NCBI GenBank assembly: GCA_039589315.1
Contig: JBDHHQ010000147.1
Span: 1 to 10,931, forward strand
Direction of reading: 5' to 3'
DNA length: 10,931 bases
Origin: Gemmatimonadota bacterium
Lineage (GTDB): Bacteria; Gemmatimonadota; Gemmatimonadetes; Longimicrobiales; Gaopeijiaceae
The position numbers and the translations under genes were made by a program. Under the pieces are notes generated by a model, which did not search any database, was not told where the DNA came from, and worked only from the letters and a program-made list of their open reading frames with translations. How positions within the stretch are numbered: the first letter of the stretch is position 1; each line of letters begins with the position of its first letter. Of this stretch, positions 1 to 6,499 are shown piece after piece.

Positions 1-496
1 AGATCCCACTCGTCTGGGTCGCCAGCTCCCGGGGCACCTCGGTGACCAACGCGCCCATGCGGCCCAGCGGGTGCTCGGACGCGTGCTTCGCGCACTCGAC
101 ACAATCGCTGAAGACCTCCGGGAGAGATTTGGTCAGCCGGGCACCCGGCGCATACTGCCGGAATCGCAGCACCGGCCCACCCCGGCCGATCTCCAGGACG
201 TCGCCGGAGGCCAGGACCAGGCTCTCCACCGACTCACCGTTGACCCACACCTCGTGAGCCGGGGTCACGAGCAGCTCGTAGGTCCGGCCCCGCCGCTTCA
301 GCGTGGCGTGCCGGGCTCCCGGCGCGGGACGATCGCGGTCCGAGAGGTGCACCTGAGCGGTGGGCGCGGTGCCGATGGCGATCTCGTCGCCCATCAGAAC
401 GTTGGTCCGGCCCCGGTGGGCGCCGGACAGGTGAACCATGACCGGCGTCGGGTCCGGTCCGCGCGAGGTGTCTTCGTCGGGCAAGGACGTGCTCAA
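1..496 (-). CDS. FHA-domain-containing protein, N-terminal part (3' end lies beyond the left edge of the window)
   Basis: Manual translation of the minus strand, open to position 1: (M)STSLPDEDTSRGPDPTPVMVHLSGAHRGRTNVLMGDEIAIGTAPTAQVHLSDRDRPAPGARHATLKRRGRTYELLVTPAHEVWVNGESVESLVLASGDVLEIGRGGPVLRFRQYAPGARLTKSLPEVFSDCVECAKHASEHPLGRMGALVTEVPRELATQTSGI. FHA-like pattern: VHLSG..RG, IG, RHA, WVNG, L.SGDVLEIG..GP.LRF. Third codon positions are GC-rich. Start is uncertain: TTG 496 (GGGAG 12 nt upstream), ATG 439 or GTG 535 are all in frame. Confidence 0.85.
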   Translation of the reverse strand, partial: MSTSLPDEDTSRGPDPTPVMVHLSGAHRGRTNVLMGDEIAIGTAPTAQVHLSDRDRPAPGARHATLKRRGRTYELLVTPAHEVWVNGESVESLVLASGDVLEIGRGGPVLRFRQYAPGARLTKSLPEVFSDCVECAKHASEHPLGRMGALVTEVPRELATQTSGI

Positions 497-716
497 GGTG
501 CTGGCCGGCTCCCGGAAGGTGAGACGATGCTCCACAAGGTGGAATCCCCGACGAGCCCGCAAGGCTCCTGCCGGTGCCGGGTCGGTCGGGCGTCTCGCGA
601 GGAACGCTGTGTGGACGGACATCCGGGCGGGGCTCGGCCGAATCGGTCGGGACCGAGACGCCACTTGGCCCCAGGTGGTGGCAGAACGGCGACCGAGCGC
701 CGAGTTTGGCCGGCGC

Positions 717-764
717 CCCGGGAGCCGTCGGCACGTCGACCGTGTCGGCGGGGTGGCTCCCGGG
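717..764 (+). other. Long stem-loop in the region upstream of the decarboxylase
   Basis: Perfect 10-bp inverted repeat CCCGGGAGCC (717-726) / GGCTCCCGGG (755-764). It encloses a 9-bp inner stem, 727-735 with 741-749 (two G-U pairs), a 5-nt loop and a one-sided bulge. It ends about 30 nt before ATG 794. No U-tract follows. Confidence 0.5.
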
Positions 765-793
765 CAGACCCTAGGAAGCCAGCGAGATCTTTG

Positions 794-2293
794 ATGAGCC
801 AGACCGACCGAATCGCACCCCTGAATCTGCCGTCCGCCGAGTTCCGCGCCATGGGCCATGGCCTGGTAAACGCCATCGCCGACCTGCTGGACTCCTTCGG
901 CGACCGTCCGGTCACGCCAGGGGAATCGCCCGGCACGGTGCGTGCGCTCCTGGGCCAGAGCGGCCTGCCGGATGAAGGCGAGGCCCCGGCCGAGCTCCTG
1001 AAGCGCACGACCGAGCTCCTCCTGGAGCACTCCCTCTTCAACGGCCACCCCCGGTTCCTCGGCTACATCACGGGATCTCCTCACCCCATCGGGATCCTGG
1101 GTGACATGCTGGCAGCCGCGATCAACCCGAACCTGGCCGGCTGGAATCTGTCTCCCGTGGCAACCGAGATGGAGGTCCAGGCCGTGCGGTGGATCGCGGA
1201 GCTGATCGGCTATCCGACCGACTGTGGGGGGATCCTCGTGAGCGGCGGCGCCATGGCCAACTACGTGGGCTTCTTGGCGGCCCGCCACGGCAACGCGCCC
1301 TGGGCGATCAAGCAAGGGGGTGCGGCGTCGGCCGACCATGGACGCCTGCGCGTGTATTGCTCCGCCGACACGCACACCTGGATCCAGAAGGCCACCGACA
1401 TGTTCGGGCTGGGGACCGAGTCGTTGCGCTGGATCCAGACCGACCGTCAGGGGCGAATGGAGATGGGTCCCCTGGAGCGCCGGATCGAGGTCGACCGGGC
1501 GGCGGGCGATCACCCCCTCATGGTCATCGGCACCGCCGGCGCGGTGGGCACCGGTGCCGTGGACCCGCTGCCGGCCATCGCCGACCTGTGCGAGGCGCAA
1601 GGGCTGTGGTTCCACGCGGATGGCGCCTACGGTGCTCTGGCCGCCAGGGCGCCGGGTGCCCCTCCGGACCTCGAGGCCATCTCCAGGGCCGATTCCGTCG
1701 CCGTGGATCCCCACAAATGGCTGTACGCCCCTCTGGAGGCCGGCTGTGCCCTGGTGCGGGACGCCGAGGCACTGCGGACGACGTTCTCGTACCTGCCGCC
1801 CTACTACCGGTTCGACGAGGGCGATGGAGAGGCGCCCATCTCCTTCTTCGAATACGGCCCACAGAACTCCCGGGGGTTTCGGGCGCTCAAGGTCTGGCTG
1901 GGCCTCAAGCAGGTGGGCCGCCGGGGGTACATGAAGATGATCGGGGACGACATCGCCCTCGCACGGCATCTTTATGACGTTGCCAATAAGAGTGATGAGC
2001 TCGATGCTCTCATGCATAACCTGAGCATCACGTGCTATCGATACGTGCCGCCCGGCGTAGACCAGTCCGACCCGGAGAACCGGGATCGTCTCAACGCGAT
2101 CAACGAGGCCGTGCTCGCCCGAATGCAGGCAGGCGGCGAGGCCTTCGTGTCCAACGCCGTCATCGACGGCACCTACGCGCTGAGGGGCTGCGTCACGAAC
2201 TTCCGAACGACAACGGCAGACATCGACGCCATCGCGGACCTGACCGTTCGGCTGGGGCGCGACGTGGTGGCGGGGGTGGACGGAGCTGGCTAG
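794..2293 (+). CDS. Group II pyridoxal-5'-phosphate-dependent amino-acid decarboxylase (aromatic-L-amino-acid/glutamate decarboxylase-like), 499 aa
   Basis: Motifs HPRFLGYI, SPVATEME..AVRW, GILVSGGAMAN, GTAG..GTGAVDPL, WFHADGAYG, ADSVAVDPHKWLYAPLEAG (PLP-binding Lys) and SRGFRALKVW. Family-like sequence begins at ATG 794 (MSQTDRIAPLNLPSAEFRAMGH). The ORF-track extension to 71 overlaps the FHA gene antisense. Substrate cannot be determined from sequence. Confidence 0.95.
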   Translation: MSQTDRIAPLNLPSAEFRAMGHGLVNAIADLLDSFGDRPVTPGESPGTVRALLGQSGLPDEGEAPAELLKRTTELLLEHSLFNGHPRFLGYITGSPHPIGILGDMLAAAINPNLAGWNLSPVATEMEVQAVRWIAELIGYPTDCGGILVSGGAMANYVGFLAARHGNAPWAIKQGGAASADHGRLRVYCSADTHTWIQKATDMFGLGTESLRWIQTDRQGRMEMGPLERRIEVDRAAGDHPLMVIGTAGAVGTGAVDPLPAIADLCEAQGLWFHADGAYGALAARAPGAPPDLEAISRADSVAVDPHKWLYAPLEAGCALVRDAEALRTTFSYLPPYYRFDEGDGEAPISFFEYGPQNSRGFRALKVWLGLKQVGRRGYMKMIGDDIALARHLYDVANKSDELDALMHNLSITCYRYVPPGVDQSDPENRDRLNAINEAVLARMQAGGEAFVSNAVIDGTYALRGCVTNFRTTTADIDAIADLTVRLGRDVVAGVDGAG

Positions 2294-3858
2294 AAGACGA
2301 CGTTCCTTCCCACCACGGCTTGCCCCGGCCGGGCCCCGTCCACGTTCTGCCCGTCCCGGACCACGAACACGCCGTTCACCAGGACGTGCTCGATGCCCTC
2401 GGAGTACGACAGGTCGTCCTCGAACGTCGCGGTGTCGATGATGCGCGCCGGATCGAACACCGTGATGTCCGCGTCGCTACCCAGCTGGACGCGGCCCTTG
2501 CGGCGCATCTGCGGCGACACGGTCCCCAGGCGCTGAGCCGGCATCAGGGTGATCTTGCCGAGGCCCTCCATCAGCGACAGCACGCCTGCGTCTCGTACGT
2601 AGCGGCCGAGAAAGCGGGCGAAAGTCCCGGCGCTGCGTGGATGCGCGCCCGGGTCGTAGGGCATACCGTCCGAGGCCACCATCACGTGCGGCGCGGCCAT
2701 CGCCGCCTCGATCCACTCGGGCTTCATCATGTGGATGATCACGATGCCGCCCTTCTCCCGGTACTCGTAGAACGTCTCCTCGGTGAGCCGTTCTCCCGTC
2801 TCCTGCCACTGGAGGTCCTCGTAGCCGATCCGGAGGCGCTCCTGCCATCCCTCGTCGAAGATGGCCGACTGCAGACTCGTTGACGCGGCCGTGTAGGGGT
2901 ACGCTTCGGTCGTTACGTCGACCCCGGCTGCCTGGGCTCCCCGTACCAGATCGAGGTTGGTCTCGATGTCCCACAGGCTCGAGCTGTTCAGATGCACGAT
3001 GTGGAGCGGAGCCTTCGTGGCCACGGCGTTGGCGATGACTTCCTGAACCGCAGAGACGCCCATGGAACGGACGTGCGTGTAGATGGGCAGGTTCTCCTCG
3101 CCCGCCATGGCGAAGACGCGGAAGATCTCATCGTACGTCGCACCCGGGTAGTACTGGTGGGCCATGCCGATCCCCAGCGCCCCCTCGGCTACGCCCTGCA
3201 TGAGCCGGTCGCGCAGGGCCGGGTATTGGTCGCGGGACAGCGGATCGTAGCGACTGGCGGAAAGCGCGTCGTCCAGGGCTATCTCCTGCTCCAGCGTGAG
3301 CTCTCCCTCCTCCAGCTCTCGGAGGATTCGCCGCGCCTCCGCTACCTCGTCCTCGTACTCTGGCATGATCCAGGCCCGCGCCGAGCCGTGGGACATGCTG
3401 GCCCCGAAGTTGATGACGGCGTCGCCTCGCCGGCCTCGCAGGTATGCAGCGACGTCGGGCACGCCACTCTCGAGCTCCAAAGCGGTGGTCACCCCGTCCC
3501 GAGCCTGGAACTCGTTGGCTCGGTTGGTCTGGCCGTGGGCGTGCAGGTCGATGAACCCGGGGGCCACCACCAGCCCCGACACGTCGACGACCACCTCGCC
3601 CGGCAGGGGATCTTCCGAGATTGCCACGATGGTCTGGCCGCGAATACCCACGTTGCGGACCGCGTCCAATCCGGTTTCCGGGTCCATCACCCTCCCTCCG
3701 GACAGGACGATGTCGTAGGTGTCCTGGGCGGAGACGGAGGTGGGCCCTGCACCCGAGGCGCTCAGCAAGGCCAGCGCGAGGACCGACGGGACCGAGAGGA
3801 ATTGCAGGCCCGAGCGACGTGCGTGCGGGGGCATCGGGGATTGCCGGCGGCGGCTCAT
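2290..3858 (-). CDS. Secreted amidohydrolase-superfamily enzyme, N-acyl-D-amino-acid deacylase / D-glutamate deacylase-like, 522 aa
   Basis: YDIVLSGGRVMDPETGLDAVRNVGI N-terminal beta domain; APGFIDLHAH (HxH metal motif); THVR, HIVH, ASDG; HPRSAGTFARFLGRYVRD; KGRVQLGSDADITVFDP; GIEHVLVNG. ATG 3858 has AGAGGAG 11 nt upstream (alternative ATG 3834). Signal peptide ..VLALALLSASGAGPTSVSA|Q. Confidence 0.92.
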   Translation of the reverse strand: MSRRRQSPMPPHARRSGLQFLSVPSVLALALLSASGAGPTSVSAQDTYDIVLSGGRVMDPETGLDAVRNVGIRGQTIVAISEDPLPGEVVVDVSGLVVAPGFIDLHAHGQTNRANEFQARDGVTTALELESGVPDVAAYLRGRRGDAVINFGASMSHGSARAWIMPEYEDEVAEARRILRELEEGELTLEQEIALDDALSASRYDPLSRDQYPALRDRLMQGVAEGALGIGMAHQYYPGATYDEIFRVFAMAGEENLPIYTHVRSMGVSAVQEVIANAVATKAPLHIVHLNSSSLWDIETNLDLVRGAQAAGVDVTTEAYPYTAASTSLQSAIFDEGWQERLRIGYEDLQWQETGERLTEETFYEYREKGGIVIIHMMKPEWIEAAMAAPHVMVASDGMPYDPGAHPRSAGTFARFLGRYVRDAGVLSLMEGLGKITLMPAQRLGTVSPQMRRKGRVQLGSDADITVFDPARIIDTATFEDDLSYSEGIEHVLVNGVFVVRDGQNVDGARPGQAVVGRNVVF

Positions 3859-4031
3859 GAACGATCGCGCTCCTCTGCGCTGGCTGACGGCTCTCGCAGC
3901 CGAATCGGGTGAGGGGCTAAGGGTGGGGGAGGGGGCTCGCGGGGACAACCACCAACTTCCCCTCCTCGACCATCTCTTCCACGACCGCGCGACCCTGCTG
4001 GAATAGCTGGACCCAGAGGAATCTACGGCGC

Positions 4032-5798
4032 TCAATCCAGGGAGATGCCGAACCGGCCCTTGAACTCCGCGGTGACGTCCCGCAGGTCGGGGTGCACGAG
4101 GAACGCCCGCATGTGCGGGAGCTGGTAGAGTCTGGCCAACCCCGGGAGGCGAGCTTCGTGGAGCCGAGTGACCAGGGGAAGGACGGTGGAGGTGTCGGCG
4201 GCCACGGCGTACAGGCCGATGGCGAGAGCGACCTCCTGGGGGGCCATTTCCGTGACGGGAAGGGCTGCGCGAAGAGCGGCCCGAGCGGAGGTGGGGTCAG
4301 CCGAAACGCGCTCCAACGCCACCACGACCCCCTCCTGCCAGCCCGCGGTTTCGCCGAGCCGGCTCCACGCCCGTAGCGCGGCTTCCCGGTCGTCCGCGAG
4401 GTATTCGGTGTTTCCCAGGTCCCCCCAGGCGGGTGCGAAGTCCGGGTCCAGCTCGACCGCCCGCGACAATGCGGCCCGGGCAGCCGGGTAGTCCGCGTTC
4501 AGCATGTATGCCGAGCCTATGCTGTAGAGGGCTCCCACCGACCTGGGTGATACCGCCAGGGCCCGCTCGAGAAACGGCCGCGCCTGCTCCATCCGGCCCA
4601 GCAGCCCGAGGAGCCACCCCTGCCAATAGAGCGCGGGAGGGTGGCTGGGGTTGAGCTCCACGGCTCGAGCGAATTGCTCGAGCGCTCCGTCGGGATTCCA
4701 GTCGAAGGTGAACGCCACGAAGCCCAGCGATGCGTGGGCCTCGGCCAGATTGGGGTCCAGGTCCAGGGCTCGAGTGGCTGCCTCCCTGGCCCGCGGCATC
4801 GCGTCTCGAGCAGAGGCGTTCGCATCGTAGGCGGGGAGGACCGCGTAGGCGTCGGCTAGCCCGGCCCATGCCCTGGCGAACCCCGAATCCTGCCCGATCG
4901 CCAGCTCGAAGAGCTCGATCGCTCGTCGCAGATCATCCGCAGATCGCGCGTTCCAGTGAGTGCGGCCCAGCAAGTAGAGCTCATAGGCCTCCAGGTTCTC
5001 GGTGGGCGCCGCGGGCCGAGGCGCATCCTCGGCGAGCGCGACGCGGAGGGCGGTGGACACCTCCCTGGCCACATCCTCCTGGATCGCCAGGATGGCCTCG
5101 ATGGAGTACTCCCGGTCGTAGGTCGCGGACCAGAGATGTGCGTCCTCCCCGGCGTCAATGAGCTGCGCGGTCATGCGCAACGTGTTGCCGGCCCGGCGGA
5201 CGCTACCCTCCAACACCGCGTCCACCCCGAGCTCGGCAGAGACCACCGGGATCGGTTTGGGTTCGCTCCGGTACGCCATGACCGACGTCCGGGACGTCAC
5301 CCGGAACGACGGTGAGCTGGAGAGTCGTGTGATGATCTCCTCGTGGAGCCCGTCGGTGAAATAGGCGTCGTCCGGACCGCTCAGGTTGGTGAACGGAAGA
5401 ACGGCGATGGGCACGCCATCGCCGCCGGGCACGGAGAGGGGAGTGGGCCGGAGCAGCCAGCCACCGGCGAATGCGACGAAGGCGATGGCGGCACCGGCTG
5501 CGATCAGAGGCAGGATGCGACCGGTCCGGCCCTCGGGTCCACTCTCCGGTGGTGAGGACTCCGAAGATTGGAGCCCGTCCCGCGTGAGCTGGTAGCGCCA
5601 CGCCAGATAGAGGGCGACGGGAAAGCCGGCCAGTGAGAGGACGGCGACGGCTGTGACGAGCCGGGACGGCAGTCCCAGGGCCGGAACGAGTACGTCCGCG
5701 CCCTCCAGTACGCCCAGGCCCACCACCGCGTAGGCCACCGCCACCCGGTACACCCTGCGTCGCTGTAGCTCCGCCAGGAAGTGCTCGAATCGACTCAC
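4032..5798 (-). CDS. Membrane-anchored TolB-like N-terminal domain + tetratricopeptide-repeat protein, 588 aa
   Basis: N-terminus FLAELQRRRVYRVAVAY followed by three hydrophobic segments. TolB-like module IAVLPFTNLS..YFTDGLHEEIITRLS..RVTSRTSVMAY..LGVDAVLEGSVRRAGNTLRMTAQLIDA..HLWSATYDR. Then EAYELYLLGR and multiple TPRs (RALDLDPNLAEAHASLG, RAVELNPSHPPA, RAVELDPDFAPAW). GTG start with no clear RBS. Confidence 0.92.
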   Translation of the reverse strand: MSRFEHFLAELQRRRVYRVAVAYAVVGLGVLEGADVLVPALGLPSRLVTAVAVLSLAGFPVALYLAWRYQLTRDGLQSSESSPPESGPEGRTGRILPLIAAGAAIAFVAFAGGWLLRPTPLSVPGGDGVPIAVLPFTNLSGPDDAYFTDGLHEEIITRLSSSPSFRVTSRTSVMAYRSEPKPIPVVSAELGVDAVLEGSVRRAGNTLRMTAQLIDAGEDAHLWSATYDREYSIEAILAIQEDVAREVSTALRVALAEDAPRPAAPTENLEAYELYLLGRTHWNARSADDLRRAIELFELAIGQDSGFARAWAGLADAYAVLPAYDANASARDAMPRAREAATRALDLDPNLAEAHASLGFVAFTFDWNPDGALEQFARAVELNPSHPPALYWQGWLLGLLGRMEQARPFLERALAVSPRSVGALYSIGSAYMLNADYPAARAALSRAVELDPDFAPAWGDLGNTEYLADDREAALRAWSRLGETAGWQEGVVVALERVSADPTSARAALRAALPVTEMAPQEVALAIGLYAVAADTSTVLPLVTRLHEARLPGLARLYQLPHMRAFLVHPDLRDVTAEFKGRFGISLD

Positions 5799-5840
5799 GA
5801 AGGTGGCATCACTGCTTGCGCCACACGGAACTGGGGCGAG

Positions 5841-6380
5841 CTATCTCGACCAGGGTGGTGCGACCTGGTTCATGCGGGCGTACGCGATGGACTGGCCCAG
5901 ATGCTCGTTCATGTGCGTGACCAGCTGGAGGAGCACCGCCCAGTGCCCCACGTCTCGCCCGTACAACCGGGTCATGCGGTTCAGGTCCTCGGCGGACATG
6001 CCGGCGGCAACGCGCCGCACGTGCTCCATGGACTCAGACAGGATCTCCACGACACGGTCCCTGTCCCTCACCTCGTCTTCCCACCGGTCGTACTCGGCTC
6101 TGCCCATGGGCGACTCGACGCCCATGGCGGTCTCCGGGTAGAAGTAGTTGTACCGGGCGATGTGCATGTAGACCTCGGCGACCGGGGCGACTCCCTCCAT
6201 GGGCGCCCAGCCGTACGACTCGGCGGGCATGGCCTTGGCCAAGGCAACCAGCTTGCTCGCCGACGCGTTGAACTGGCCGTCGAACTCAGTCAGGAAGTCG
6301 GGCGGTGCCTGGGCGAGCGCGGGCGCGGCGGCACACAGCAGGACGGCAGGGGCGAGGACGGTGCAGCGATGGGTACGCAT
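5841..6380 (-). CDS. Secreted DinB/YfiT-superfamily protein, 179 aa
   Basis: ATG 6380 has GAGGAG 7 nt upstream. Signal peptide MRTHRCTVLAPAVLLCAAAPALA|Q. DinB-like LAKAMPAESYGWAP...AEVYMHIA and C-terminal HMNEHLGQSIAYARMNQVAPPWS, giving the three-His metal site (H...HxxxH). Confidence 0.9.
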   Translation of the reverse strand: MRTHRCTVLAPAVLLCAAAPALAQAPPDFLTEFDGQFNASASKLVALAKAMPAESYGWAPMEGVAPVAEVYMHIARYNYFYPETAMGVESPMGRAEYDRWEDEVRDRDRVVEILSESMEHVRRVAAGMSAEDLNRMTRLYGRDVGHWAVLLQLVTHMNEHLGQSIAYARMNQVAPPWSR

Positions 6381-6394
6381 GGGTCTTCTCCTCA

Positions 6395-6424
6395 GGGTGT
6401 TCGGCCCCGGGCGGGTGTTCGGCC
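6395..6424. repeat. 12-bp direct repeat GGGTGTTCGGCC x2, period 18 bp
   Basis: Copies at 6395-6406 and 6413-6424, immediately upstream of the DinB RBS. A degenerate third copy (GGGTCTTC, 6381-6388) lies between the RBS and the start codon. Confidence 0.6.
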
Positions 6425-6499
6425 TCCGACACCGGGCACCGGCACAGCGAGCGCTCCGCACCAGGGCTCCGGCGTCGCGCATCGGTCGCTTGGCCTCGC

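Noticed and set aside
71..793. 241-aa N-terminal extension of the decarboxylase given by the 71..2293 ORF
   Set aside because: It is the antisense shadow of the FHA gene plus intergenic DNA. It is Arg/Pro/Gly-rich with no domain, and family similarity starts at ATG 794. Not a fusion.
497..793. Possible cobalamin or c-di-GMP riboswitch (GAAGCCAG..GAGA, CGCAAGGC fragments)
   Set aside because: The conserved cores are not present in the right order; the resemblance is limited to a few bases.
3790..3858. Tat signal in the amidohydrolase (SRRRQS / ARRSGL)
   Set aside because: No match to S/T-R-R-x-F-L-K; Arg-rich n-regions are common in GC-rich genomes. Export route left unassigned.
3859..4035. 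N-terminal extension of the amidohydrolase to TTG 4035, apparently coupled to the TPR stop
   Set aside because: Low-complexity Ser/Arg/Pro sequence that would bury the signal peptide; ATG 3858 has a good SD.
5804..5819. Sigma-54-like TGGCAT...TTGC
   Set aside because: GG to GC spacing is 11 nt rather than the required 10, and it points antisense into DinB.
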